The notes under the pieces are model-generated. The model did not search any database, had not been told where the DNA came from, and saw only the letters and a program-made list of their open reading frames with translations. The position numbers were made by a program, and so were the translations under genes. DNA of 64,000 nt. Origin: an uncultured Acidobacteriota bacterium (GTDB lineage Bacteria > Acidobacteriota > Vicinamibacteria > Vicinamibacterales > CAVVIG01). Positions within the stretch are counted from its first letter, which is position 1. Every line of letters starts with the position of its first letter. This document shows, piece by piece, positions 30,980-41,681 of the stretch. The stretch lies in NCBI GenBank assembly GCA_963734375.1, contig CAVTHG010000004.1, forward strand, positions 165,363 to 229,362. Direction: 5' to 3'.

Positions 30980-31806
30980 GTGCCCGAGCTGCCCGAAGTC
31001 GAAGAGGTCCGCCGCGAGATCTTGCCCGCCATGGAAGGCGCGCGCTTCGAGCGCGTCGAGTTGAGGCGCCGGAACCTCCGGCGCCCGTTTCCGCGCGATT
31101 TCGCGGCGCGCCTGACCGGCCGGACGGTCCGGGCGCTGCGTCGGCGCGGCAAGTATCTCGTCGCCGAGCTGTCGTCGGACGAATCGCTGCTGATGCACCT
31201 CGGCATGTCCGGCTGGTTTCGCGTCGAGCGCGAGGGCAACGCGGCCTCCGAGCCGGCCGACGCGCACGACCACGTGGTCTTTCACATGTCCTCGGGCGCC
31301 GCGGTGGTCTTCAACGACCCGCGCCGCTTCGGGGTGATGGATCTCGGTGGCGCCGGGCAAGCTGGCGCGCCATCGCGCGCTCGGCGCGATGGGGCCCGAG
31401 CCGCTCGATCCCGCGTTCGACGGCGCCGCGCTCGCGCGCGCCTGCGCCGGCAAGCGCACGTCGCTCAAGGCCGCGCTGCTCGATCAGCGGGTGGTCGCCG
31501 GCCTCGGCAACATCTACGCGAGCCGAGGCGCTGCACCTCGCCGGGCTGTCGCCACGGCGCCGCGCGTCGACGATTGCGACGCCGTCGGGGCAGCCGAAGG
31601 AGAGCGCCCACCGCCTGGCGCGGGCGATCAAGGAGGTGCTGCGGCGGGCCATTTCGCGGTCGTCGAAGCCAGCGTCGCGCGGCTCACGGTTTCGCGTCTA
31701 TGATCGCGAGGGCGATCGGTGCACCACCGGCCGCTGCAAGGGCACCGTCCGGCGATTCGTGCAGGCGGGACGTTCGACGTTCTACTGCCCTGATTGCCAG
31801 CAGTAA
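30980..31806 (+). CDS. mutM: Formamidopyrimidine-DNA glycosylase (frameshifts ~31348, ~31521)
   Basis: MPELPEVE, RRGKYL, HLGMSG, DPRRFG, GLGNIY, C-terminal zinc finger RSTFYCPDCQ. Confidence 0.95.
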
Positions 31807-31835
31807 TGTCGCATTCATTCGACGAGGGCTTCATC

Positions 31836-33303
31836 ATGTTCGAACCGGGCAGAAGACAATTCATGGGCGCGTCGCTGGCGGGGCTCGCGGGGCTGTCGGC
31901 AGGCGGCGCCGCCGAGGCCGCGGGCGTGCAGGAACACAAGCCGGCGGATTCGGTCACCGTCGGCGTCGACGTGACGCGCCGCCTCGCCGCCTACGTGGTG
32001 GCGTCGAAGCATGCCGACCTTCCCGCGCCGGTCCGAAAGGAAGCGCAGCGCACGCTCCTGAACTGGATGGGCTGCGCGGTCGGCGGCTCGCGCCACGAAA
32101 CGCTCGACGCCGCGATTGGCGCGCTCGCGCCGTTCTCCGGTCCGCCGCAGGCCACCGTTGTGGGACGCCGCGAGCGGATGGACGTGCTGCACGCCGCGCT
32201 GATGAACGGCATCAGCTCGCACGTGTTCGACTTCGACGACACGCATCTGAAAACGGTCATCCATCCCGCGGGCCCGGTCGCCTCCGCGATCCTCGCGCTG
32301 TCGGAACATCGCCCGGTCTCCGGCACCGACTTCCTCAACGCGCTCGTCGTCGGCATCGAAGTCGAGTGCCGGATCGGCAATGCCGTTTACCCGGCTCACT
32401 ACGATCGCGGCTGGCACATCACCGGGACGGCGGGCGTCTTCGGATCGGCCGCCGCGTGCGGGCGGCTGCTCGGCTTGAACGAACGGCAGATGGTCTGGGC
32501 GCTCGGCATCGCGGCGGCGCAGCCGGTCGGCCTGCGCGAGATGTTCGGATCGATGACCAAGAGCTTCCATCCCGGGCGCGCGGCGCAGAACGGCCTGACG
32601 GCGGCGCTCCTGGCGTCGAAGAACTTCACCAGCTCCGAGGTCGGCATCGAGGGGAAGAGCGGCTGGGCGAACGTGTTGAGCACGACGCGCGACTACGCGC
32701 AGATCACCGAGAAGCTGGGCGCGACCTACGAGATCTCGTTCAACACCTACAAGCCGTTCGCGTGCGGGATCGTGATTCATCCGGCGATTGACGCCTGCGT
32801 GCAGCTTCGCAACGAGCACAAGCTGCAGCCGGATCAGATCGAGCGGATCAATCTCGCCGTGCACCCGCTCGTTCTGGAGCTGACCGGGAAGAAGGAGCCC
32901 AGAACCGGGCTCGAGACCAAGTTCAGCGTCTATTTCGCCGCGGCGGTGGCGATCGTGAACGGCTCGGCCGGCATGCGCGACTTCAGCGACGAGAACGCGC
33001 GCAATCCGCAGATCGTCGCCCTGCGCGACCGCGTCACCGCCACGATCGATCCCGCGATCAAGGAAGAGCAGGTGCGGGCGACGGTGGTGCTGAAGGATGG
33101 GCGGACGCTGGAGAAGCGGATCGATCACGTCATCGGCAGCCTCGAGCGGCCGCTCAGCGATGCCGACCTCGAAGCCAAGTTCACCGGGCTCGCCGACGGC
33201 GTGCTGCCGGCCGGCGCAGGTGCGCACGCTCATGGATCAGTGCTGGAAGATCGAGACGCTGCCGCGCGCCGGCGATCTGGCCGCCTCCGCGCGGCCTGCG
33301 TAA
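31836..33303 (+). CDS. MmgE/PrpD family protein with Tat-like leader (frameshift ~33212)
   Basis: DFDDTH..IHP, GWHITGT, KPFACG, KFS; RRQFMG leader. Confidence 0.88.
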
Positions 33304-33341
33304 CGCGGCCACGATCGCGCCGCTCGAGAGCGGCGGCGAGT

Positions 33342-33418
33342 GAACGCAGAGCTCGCAGAGCACGCAGAGAATGTTTTGTACAGGGATTTGCTCTGCGATC
33401 TCAGCGGTCTCTGCGTTC
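33342..33418. repeat. Inverted nonamer array (CGCAGAGnn)n ... (CTCTGCGnn)n
   Basis: Same family at 41053-41120, 44054-44175 and 23765-23792. Confidence 0.75.
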
Positions 33419-33454
33419 CCCGTCGTGCGCCGCAGATCAGCAGCTCGTTTGCTG

Positions 33455-34577
33455 CTACAAAGTCACACGCGCGATCGTCCAGTAGATCGCCGTGCAGGCG
33501 ATCGCCACCGACGCGGGCACGACGACGCGCTGGCGGTACCAGGCCTGGTGGGCGCACGCGCCTCCCACCAGGACGAAGGCGGCGCCGATCACCGCCAGCT
33601 GTCCCGCCTCGACGCCGGCGTTGAAGGCGACCAGCGCCGTGGCCAGCTCCGCGCGCGGCAGCCCGAGCTCCTGCAACGCGCCGGCGAACCCCAGGCCGTG
33701 CAGCAGCCCGAACGCGAACACCAGCGCCACGCGCCACGGCCGCAGCTCCGACAGGAAGATGTTCTCGATCGCGACGTAGGCAATTGACAGCGCGATCAAG
33801 GGCTCGACGATTCGCGGCGGCACCGAGACGATGCCGTACAGGCCCAGACCGAGTGTGATCGAGTGCGCCAGCGTGAACGCGCTCACCTGCCACAACACCG
33901 CGCGCACTCGACCGCTCAGCAGGTAAATGCCGAGCACGAACAGCACGTGATCCAGGCCGCCGGGCAGGATGTGCGTGAACCCGAGCGCGAGATAGCGGCG
34001 CGCGGTGCCGAGACGATCGAGGGGTGGCGCCGGCGACTGCCCAGGCAAACGGCGCGCTGCTCTCTCCGCCCTCGAGCCATTCGGTGACCGGCGCCTCGGC
34101 GGCGGAGCGTCGAATCGTCAGCGGATACGACGCGAACGTCCATCCGTAGGTCCAGGCAAGATCGCGCGCGCCGTCGGGAATCGCGCCGCGCAGTCGAATC
34201 GTCGCGATCGCGCCAGACAGATCATCGCCTGAAGCCGCGACGGAATAGGCGACCTCGGGGCGGACTTCCGATCCATCGAAGGAGATCTTCACCCGCCGCA
34301 GGAACAGCTCGTCAAACGTCGCACGACAGCGCTTCGAGGCGAGGCGGCGCGGCAGTAGAAGACGAGCGCGGCCGGCTGCGGCGTCGAGCTTCTCGGCGAG
34401 CGCGGAGGCGTCGGTGATGATCTCGATCTCGTAGGTTCGGGCGTCCTGGGCGAAGAGCACCGACACGCGGGTCGTGCCGATCTCGTGCGCCCGCAGTGTC
34501 GTTGCGGCGGCGAGCGCAACCAGCGCCGCGCACAGCGTGGCCCGGCCGCAACCGCGCCGGCGTGATCGCGACGTCAC
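33455..34577 (-). CDS. HupE/UreJ family protein with periplasmic N-domain (frameshift ~34040)
   Basis: HILPGGLDHVLF, AFTLAHSITL, FGLLHGLGFA, FNAGVEAGQ. Confidence 0.88.
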
Positions 34578-35428
34578 CGCGCGTCTCCGGCGCGCGCATC
34601 CGCGCCGCGCATCTCGAAGGTGAGTGATGCCCAGAAGCTCACCCAGTCGGCGTCGGCGCCTGCAGGTGCCGGCACCATGTGAACGGCCTTGACCAGCCAC
34701 ATCCCGCCGCGCGGCAGGCGGAAGCGCACGCGGCCGTCGGCGTCGGTGCGCGCCGACAGCTTCTCGGACGGGTTCTGCCGGTTGATGGCGACGACGAGCG
34801 CGCCGGCGAGCGGGTGGTTCTCGTAGGTCAGGCGGATCGGGAGATCCTGGCCGGTGCGGATCGCGTACGGATTCTTCTCGGCGACGAGCTCGAGCGTGAA
34901 ACCGAGCGGGCGGTCGCTCTGCGCCTCGCCGGCCTCTCCGGCGAGCACCAGGCTCTTCGCGCACCGCGCGAAGCTCTCGCGCACCCGCGCCGTGGTCTCG
35001 TTCCGCCGCGCCCGCGCCGCCGCGACCGCGTCGAGCCCCTCTTCCTTCAGGTACTGATTGAATTTCTCGGCGGTCAGCTGCACGTCGCTTGGATTGCTGC
35101 GATAGCCGACGACCAGCAACCCGGGCGCCGCCGCGCGCAGGAATCCGGCGGGGTCGGCGCCGTCACGCCCGACGAGCGGCTTGCGCCCTGCGTGATCCTC
35201 GACGATGAACTGGTTGATGAGCGCCGGATCGCGCGGCACCGGATCGCCGACCAGATCCTGCCCGACCCGCAACCGGACGCCGACAATCTGCCCGGGCTCG
35301 GGCGAGAACGTGGTCGGATCGATCCACAGGTCGTGAGCGGCGAGCGACCCACTGCTCAAGGCGATCACCGCGGCGACGAGCCAGGCCCGCCGCCCGCGGA
35401 CAGGTGAAGCGAACTCTCGTGACATCAT
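34574..35428 (-). CDS. DUF4198 domain secreted protein
   Basis: AHDLWIDP mature N-terminal His; FNQYLKEEG; WLVKAVHM; WASLTF. Confidence 0.85.
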   Translation of the reverse strand: MMSREFASPVRGRRAWLVAAVIALSSGSLAAHDLWIDPTTFSPEPGQIVGVRLRVGQDLVGDPVPRDPALINQFIVEDHAGRKPLVGRDGADPAGFLRAAAPGLLVVGYRSNPSDVQLTAEKFNQYLKEEGLDAVAAARARRNETTARVRESFARCAKSLVLAGEAGEAQSDRPLGFTLELVAEKNPYAIRTGQDLPIRLTYENHPLAGALVVAINRQNPSEKLSARTDADGRVRFRLPRGGMWLVKAVHMVPAPAGADADWVSFWASLTFEMRGADARAGDAR

Positions 35429-35471
35429 GCGGCTCCTGCTTGCGATCTGAAGTGGCCTGTCTCCGCTGAGA

Positions 35472-35566
35472 ACCACGAAGTTCACGAAGGACACGAAGAT
35501 CACGAAGAAGAAAATTGGAAGAGGGGTTTTCTTCGTGTCTTTCGTGTCTTTCGTGTTCTTCGTGGC
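35472..35566. repeat. Inverted nonamer array (CACGAAGnn)n ... (CTTCGTGnn)n
   Basis: Same family at 46676-46822. Confidence 0.8.
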
Positions 35567-35580
35567 TCTTCGGACGCCGA

Positions 35581-37138
35581 TTAGAAGTTCTCGAAACCGC
35601 CCGGCAACGGGATGTTCGGCACGGTCGGCACGTTGATGCCGCCATGGCCCTGGAACAGCCCCTGGTGCGCCGGCGCCAGGAAGGGGAATCGATCGAGGTA
35701 GTTCTTGTCGTTGACCTCGACGCCCTTCGCGAGCCCCGCGGCTGGATTGCCCGCGACGATCAGGCTGATGAGGACGCTGTTCACGTTCACCTGGTTGCGG
35801 TTCGGCGCCGTGCCGCCGCCCATCCGGCGGCCGTTCGGGAAGGCCGAGTTGATGGCGGCATCGAGCGTGATGACGTCGCCGGTGAAGCCGTCGGCGACCG
35901 GGATCGGCCGCCCCAGGTTGATCGCGTTGATGATGTCGAACCGCGGCCCTTTCAGCCCGGCCACCGCCGCGTCAGGGACGCCGAGCGCCTTGTAGATTCC
36001 GAGCGCCTCGGCGTCGCGCACGAGCACCGGGAAGAGCACGTCGGCGCCGAAGTTGGTGACGTCGCGCATCGGGCTCGACCGGACGTAGAGCGTCTGGCGC
36101 TGCGTGCCGACCAGGCCGGCGTTGAAGAGCGGCAGGGCATTGCGGCCGACCTGCACCCAGTCGCCCGAGCCCTTGAGGCCGGTGATCACGTTGCTCGCAT
36201 CGACCGTTTGCGTTTCGCGGCGGCTGATGGTCGACCACACACGCAGCAGGCTGTCGGTGGAGTTGGGCCGCAGCTGCCCGTTGTGCGGGATGCCGTGCGG
36301 GAAGATGTCGCGCATCGGCACTTCGAGCGCGATCGAGAACAGGTTGAAGCCGGTGAACACGTCGGTCGCCGGCGCTCGCCGCGCACCGGGAATGCCGCCG
36401 AGATCGCCGCGACTCAGGTTGACGAGATCGAAGATCCCCTTCTCGTCGAGCTGATACGGATCGTCGAACTGGCCGGCGATGATCCGTCCGCCGTTGGCGA
36501 GCGGATGGATGAACGTGTCGACGAACGGCTGATCGTAGAGGCCGGCCTCGCGGCTCGTCGGATCGCCCGAGTCGTAGCCCTGGAACGGCCCGAGACCGAT
36601 AGACAAGGCGATCGGTCTGCGGCCCGTGGTTGTTCGGCAGCACGGCGAGATTCCGCCCGAGCACATCGACATCCGTGTCGTCGTCTCCATGGCCTCGCCG
36701 GTCGTCGTCCGACCGGTCGATGCGCGTGACCTTCATCGTCTCGGTGCCGCCGGTGAGCTGCCAGAGCAGCTCGTTGCCGCCACCGAGCGGATCCGCGGCG
36801 CTCGGCGGCGCCTCGGGCCGCAGGCGATTCTTGAACTCGACGCGATAGACCAGCTTGTCCTTGAGGCTCGCGCCCTTGGCGATGTGGAACTCGTAGCGGT
36901 AGCCATTGCACGCGCGCAGTCCCTGATTGCCCTGTCCCGGTTCGTGAAGCGGGTTGAAGTCCATGATCAGGTAGAGCTTGTCGTGCGACTGGTCCGACAC
37001 CCACGCGAAGGTGTCGGTGTTGTCAGCGCACGGCTCGTTGAGTACCGCCAGCGCTTCGCGGTGGCTCGAGCCGTGTGCCGTGATGCCGGCCGCGACGATG
37101 AACGCCGCGGCGAGTGCCCCGTTGGAACGTCGTTGCAT
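35581..37138 (-). CDS. DUF4331 family secreted protein (frameshift ~36605)
   Basis: SSHREA..DNTD, GQFDDPY, QVGRNALP, FPNGRR, FPFLAP. Confidence 0.85.
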
Positions 37139-37201
37139 AACGCACTTCCTCCAGACTGCCTTGGTGGCCTTGGGGAGACCGTCTCTCCAATCGCTCCCTT
37201 C

Positions 37202-37227
37202 TACGAGAGGCACGACCGATCGGATTG
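37202..37227 (-). promoter_or_regulatory. ECF (RpoE-ChrR/SigK-like) promoter for the DUF4331 operon
   Basis: CAATCC-N16-CGTA, similar to the TGATCC-N16-CGTA consensus. Confidence 0.55.
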
Positions 37228-37304
37228 CCGGGAGATTTGCGCGGTGAACCTGAACCGGCGCCACGGACGGACGGGCGTCGATGAGCTGCGCAGTGCGTTA
37301 GAAT

Positions 37305-37887
37305 TTGCCGTTGTCCTTTCAGACCCACGACCCCGCCCGGACCGGCGCGGACATTGCGCTCTTCCAGCGAGTGATCGCCCGCGACGCGGGCGCCCTGGGC
37401 GAGCTGTACCGATCAGCACAGCCGGCTGCTGTTCGGCCTGATCCTGCGGATTCTCAAGGACCGCAGCGACGCCGAAGAGGTGCTGCAGGAAGTGTTCGTC
37501 CAGGCGTGGACGCGCGCCGGCACCTACAACCTCGGGCTCGGGTCGCCGCTTGGCTGGCTGCTCGGCATCGCCCGCAACCGCGCGATCGATCGGCTGCGGC
37601 GGAAAACCGTGCACCTCCGCGCCGTCGAAGCGGCGGTCGAGCCGTTCGCGCCTGAAGATCCCGAGCGTCTCGCCGCGCTCGAGCAGCGGCGGCGGTGCGT
37701 CCAGGAGGCGCTCGACGCGCTGCCCGCCGATCAGCGCGAGCTGATCGAGCAGGCGTATTTTCTCGGCCTCACGCACGCGGAGCTGGCGGCGCGCTTCAAC
37801 CTGCCGCTCGGCACCGTGAAGACGCGCATCCGCGCCGGGATGATGTCGCTGCGCGGCCACCTCGAACCGCGATGGATGGAGCAATGA
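37305..37887 (+). CDS. ECF sigma factor, SigK/RpoE-like (frameshift ~37412)
   Basis: AEEVLQEVF, RNRAIDRLR, GLTHAELA..LPLGTVKTRIR. Confidence 0.9.
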
Positions 37888-38357
37888 CCGACGATCTCGA
37901 CAACATAGTGGAGTTCGACGAGCTGGTGGCAGTGGCGCTCGCGGAGCTGGCGGCCGGGCCGGCGCCGCCGCCGGGCGTCAAGGCGCGGCTGATGTCGCAG
38001 ATCGCCGGCGATTCGGCGCTGCCTGCCGGATTCTCGATCCGGATGATTCGGGACAACGACTGGGTGCCGCATCCGGTGCCGGGCATCCGGATGAAGGTGC
38101 TGTCGGTCAACCAGCGCAGCGGCTACGCCACGCTGCTGCTCGACGTGCAGCCGGGTACGCGTTTCCCCTCGCACCATCACGACGGCGACGAAGAGTGCTA
38201 CGTCGTCTCCGGCTCGGTGATCACGCTCGGCCGCCGCCTCGGACCTGGAGATTTCGTCCACGCCGACGCCGGCACCGATCACGGCGAGCTGTGGACCGAC
38301 GAGGGCGCGATGGTTTTGCTCGTCGTGCCGCCGGAAGACTACATGCCGCGTCCTTGA
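37884..38357 (+). CDS. ChrR-like cupin anti-sigma factor
   Basis: PPPGVKARLM anti-sigma segment; FPSHHHDGDEECYV..GTDH. Confidence 0.82.
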   Translation: MTDDLDNIVEFDELVAVALAELAAGPAPPPGVKARLMSQIAGDSALPAGFSIRMIRDNDWVPHPVPGIRMKVLSVNQRSGYATLLLDVQPGTRFPSHHHDGDEECYVVSGSVITLGRRLGPGDFVHADAGTDHGELWTDEGAMVLLVVPPEDYMPRP

Positions 38358-38436
38358 CCCGCGCGCCCTTCGGGTGTAAACACAGCCCACCATCTGGTTT
38401 TCTCGTATCCACGCCGGACAGGCACGAGGTCACGTC

Positions 38437-39305
38437 ATGAGGCGGACTGCGTCGGTGGTGGCGGTGTTCACGGCAATCGCGCTCGGTGTCGGCGCCGAGA
38501 TCACGCTCGCCCAGGATCGGGCCCCCGCGCGCGCGGAGCCGCGGCCCTCGACTCGCCGCCCGAGCGGCTCGCTCAGGGCAGGCCGACGAAAAATCCATTC
38601 GAGGGGAAAGCGGACGCGGTCAGCAACGGCGCGGCGATGTTCCGCACGCGCTGCGCCGGCTGCCACGGGCCCGATGCGCACGGCTATCTCGGCCCTGACC
38701 TCACCGGGTTCTGGGCCGCCGGCGGCACCGACGATCGGATGTTCGACATCGTTCGGAAGGGCATTCCCGGCACCGAGATGATCGCCGCCGATCCGGCGCG
38801 CGTGCTCGACCGCGACATCTGGCAGGTGATGGCCTACATCCGCACGCTGAACGCGGTGCCGGTCACCGTCCCGACCGGCGATGCCACCAACGGCGCGCAG
38901 GTCTTTCGCACCAACTGCTCCAGCTGTCACATGGTGAACGCGCGCGGCGGCCAGCTCGGTCCGGATCTGTCGCGGATCGGATCGGCGCGTCCGCGCGCCG
39001 GGCTGCAGGGGAAGCTTCGCGGGACGAACACGTTCATCAGGCCGGGATACGAGCCGGTCACGCTCGTGACCAAGAGCGGCGAGCGAATCCGCGGCGTCCG
39101 GAAGAACGAGGACGAGTTCTCGATCCAGATCATGGACATGCGCGAGCGGCTGCAGGGCTATCTGAAGGACAACCTCACCGAGTTCCGGGTGGAAAAGCAG
39201 TCGGTGATGCCGGTGTACGGTCCCGATCGGCTCAACGATCGCGACCTGGACGATCTGCTGCAGTACCTCGCCGGCCTGCGCGGCGCGGAGTCGGCGTCGA
39301 GATGA
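38437..39305 (+). CDS. Secreted diheme c-type cytochrome (1-nt frameshift at ~38548)
   Basis: Signal peptide; CAGCH, CSSCH, GPDLS, SVMP. Confidence 0.88.
38543..38583. repeat. Intragenic palindromic element, copy 2
   Basis: ggccc(t)tcgactcgccgc-ccga-gcggctcgctcagggcaggc. Confidence 0.8.
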
Positions 39306-39316
39306 ACGCGTCGTAG

Positions 39317-39370
39317 GTAGGGCACGCGCTTCAGCCGTGCCGCGAGGCGCCGGCTGAAGCGGCGCTCTAC
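39317..39370. repeat. GTAG-REP inverted doublet
   Basis: gtagggcacgcgcttcagccgtgcc ... ggcgccggctgaagcggcgctctac. Confidence 0.7.
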
Positions 39371-39397
39371 AGTGTCGAGCACAGCAGCGGAGGCAGC

Positions 39398-41029
39398 ATG
39401 CGCAGACTGATCGCCCGCGTCCTTCAGGTGACGTTCGCCGCAGTCGCGGTCTCGTGGACGCTTGCGGCGCAGGCGCCCGCGCCGGCCCAGGTGACCGCGC
39501 AGGATCTGCGCGACGGGTTGAAGAACCCGACCCGCTGGCTGAACTACGGCGGCGACTACGGCAACCAGCGCCACAGCCCGCTGACGCAGATCACGCCGGC
39601 GAACGTTCATCGCCTGACCGCGCAGTGGCAGTTCCAGACCGACACGCTCGGCAAGTTCGAGGCGACGCCGCTCGTCCTCGACGGCGTCGTCTACGTCACC
39701 GGCCCGCTCGACACCGGCTGGGCGATCGACGCGCGCACCGGGCGGCAGATCTGGCGCTACAAGCGCGATCTGCCCGCCGGGCTGATCGCCTGCTGCGGCC
39801 TCGTCAACCGCGGCTTCGGCGTCCTCGGCGACCGGCTGTTCAAGACGACGCTCGACGCGCACATGGTGGCCATCAGCCGCAAGACCGGCGCGATCGAATG
39901 GGACACGACGATGGTGAACTACCGCCACGGCTACAGCGGCACGACCGCGCCGCTGGTGGTGAAGGACAAGGTGATCGCCGGCGTGGCCGGCGCGGAGTAC
40001 GGCATCCGCGGCTTCATCGAGGCCTACGATGCGCAGACCGGCAAGCAGGTGTGGCGGTTCTACACGACTGCCGGCCCCGCCGATCCGGGCCATGGCACCT
40101 GGCGCGGCACCGATCCGAAGGCGTGGGAGCACGGCGGCGGATCGATCTGGGTGCCGGGCGCGTACGATCCCGAGCTGAACCTGACCTACTGGGGCACCGG
40201 CAATGCCGGCCCGGATTACAACGGCTCGGCGCGCGAAGGGCGACAACCTCTACACCGCGTCGATCGTCGCGCTCGACGCCGACACCGGCGCGCTGAAGTG
40301 GCACTACCAGTTCACGCCGCACGACATCTGGGACTACGACTCGACGCAGATGCCGGTGCTCGCCGACCTCACGCTCGACGGCCAGCTGCGCAAGGTGGTG
40401 CTGTTCGCCAACCGCAACGGGTTCTTCTACGTCCTCGACCGCGCGACCGGCAAGATGATCCGCGCCACGCCGTTCATCCAGACGACGTGGGCGAAGTCGA
40501 TTCGACCCGATGGCCGGCCGATGCTGGAGCCGAACAGCGTGCCGAGCGAGGAGGGCACGAAGGTGTGTCCGGACCAGACCGGCGGCACCAACTGGATGCC
40601 GCCGGCGTTCGAGTCCATCGCTCAACCTGCTGTTTCGTGACCGCCCGCGAATCGTGCGGCGTCTTCTTCTCATGGAAGGAAGACTATGCGCCGGGCGATG
40701 CCTTTCGCGGCGGCGCCGTGCAGCGTCTCGTCGACGAGCAGTACAGCATGCTGCGCGCGATCGACGTGTTGACCGGCGAGAAGCGGTGGGAATTTCCCTA
40801 CACGAACCAGTCGTGGGCGGGCGTGCTGTCCACCGCGTCGGGGCTCGTCTTCGCCGGCGGCTCGGGCAACGTGATCGCGTTCGACGCGAAGAGCGGGAAG
40901 AACTTGTGGCGCTTCCAGACCGGCTCGTCGCTCTATTCGGGCGCAATCACCTACATGGTGGACGATCGACAGTATGTGCTGATGCCGTCCGGGACGACGC
41001 TGACGTCGTTCGCGTTGGCGGCGTTTTAG
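39398..41029 (+). CDS. PQQ-dependent dehydrogenase, methanol/ethanol family (compensating frameshifts ~40238, ~40620)
   Basis: QRHSPLTQI, EATP, CCGLVNRG, GAEYG, WGTGN, WDYD, GGTNW. Confidence 0.9.
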   Translation: MRRLIARVLQVTFAAVAVSWTLAAQAPAPAQVTAQDLRDGLKNPTRWLNYGGDYGNQRHSPLTQITPANVHRLTAQWQFQTDTLGKFEATPLVLDGVVYVTGPLDTGWAIDARTGRQIWRYKRDLPAGLIACCGLVNRGFGVLGDRLFKTTLDAHMVAISRKTGAIEWDTTMVNYRHGYSGTTAPLVVKDKVIAGVAGAEYGIRGFIEAYDAQTGKQVWRFYTTAGPADPGHGTWRGTDPKAWEHGGGSIWVPGAYDPELNLTYWGTGNAGPDYNGSAREGRQPLHRVDRRARRRHRRAEVALPVHAARHLGLRLDADAGARRPHARRPAAQGGAVRQPQRVLLRPRPRDRQDDPRHAVHPDDVGEVDSTRWPADAGAEQRAERGGHEGVSGPDRRHQLDAAGVRVHRSTCCFVTARESCGVFFSWKEDYAPGDAFRGGAVQRLVDEQYSMLRAIDVLTGEKRWEFPYTNQSWAGVLSTASGLVFAGGSGNVIAFDAKSGKNLWRFQTGSSLYSGAITYMVDDRQYVLMPSGTTLTSFALAAF

Positions 41030-41135
41030 CCTCGCCGCGGGGCCTGATTCAACCGCGGAGAACGCAGAGCACGCAGAGATTTCTCATCAAGAACTCTGCG
41101 GTCTCGGCGCTCTCGGCGGTCAAGGAAGTCGCTCG

Positions 41136-41681
41136 ATGAGCAAGCTGGCGCTGAAGGTAAACGGGAAATCGCACACGGTCGACGTCGAGCCATCGACGCC
41201 GCTGTTGTACGTGCTTCGAAACGATCTGGGGTTGCACGGGCCGCGCTTCGGCTGCGGCCTCGGCCAGTGCGGCGCATGCGCGGTGATCATCAACGGCGCC
41301 GCGGTCCGCTCGTGCGTGACGCCGGTCTCCACGGTGAGGGCCGAGATCACCACGCTCGAGGGGCTCGCGCCGCAGGGCACGCTGCACCCGATCCAGCAGG
41401 CCTGGATCGACGAGCAAGTGCCGCAGTGCGGCTTCTGCCAGAACGGGCAGATCATGGCCGCGAAAGCGCTGCTCGATCGCAATCCGAATCCGAGCGACGC
41501 CCAGATTCGCGAGGCGATGAACAGCACGCTCTGCCGCTGCATGACCTATTACCGCGTGCAGACGGCGATCAAGCGAGTCGCGAAATCGATGAATCCAACC
41601 GCCGCGGCCCTTCGACTCGCCGAGGATGCCGACGATGGAGGGGCTCGCTCAGGGCAGGCAGGGAAGGGGGTGGTCGCATGA
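41136..41681 (+). CDS. (2Fe-2S)-binding small subunit, isoquinoline-oxidoreductase/CoxS-like
   Basis: GCGLGQCGAC, QCGFCQ, CRC. Confidence 0.92.
   Translation: MSKLALKVNGKSHTVDVEPSTPLLYVLRNDLGLHGPRFGCGLGQCGACAVIINGAAVRSCVTPVSTVRAEITTLEGLAPQGTLHPIQQAWIDEQVPQCGFCQNGQIMAAKALLDRNPNPSDAQIREAMNSTLCRCMTYYRVQTAIKRVAKSMNPTAAALRLAEDADDGGARSGQAGKGVVA
41606..41663. repeat. Intragenic palindromic element, copy 3
   Basis: ggcccttcgactcgcc...ggctcgctcagggcaggcaggg. Confidence 0.8.
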
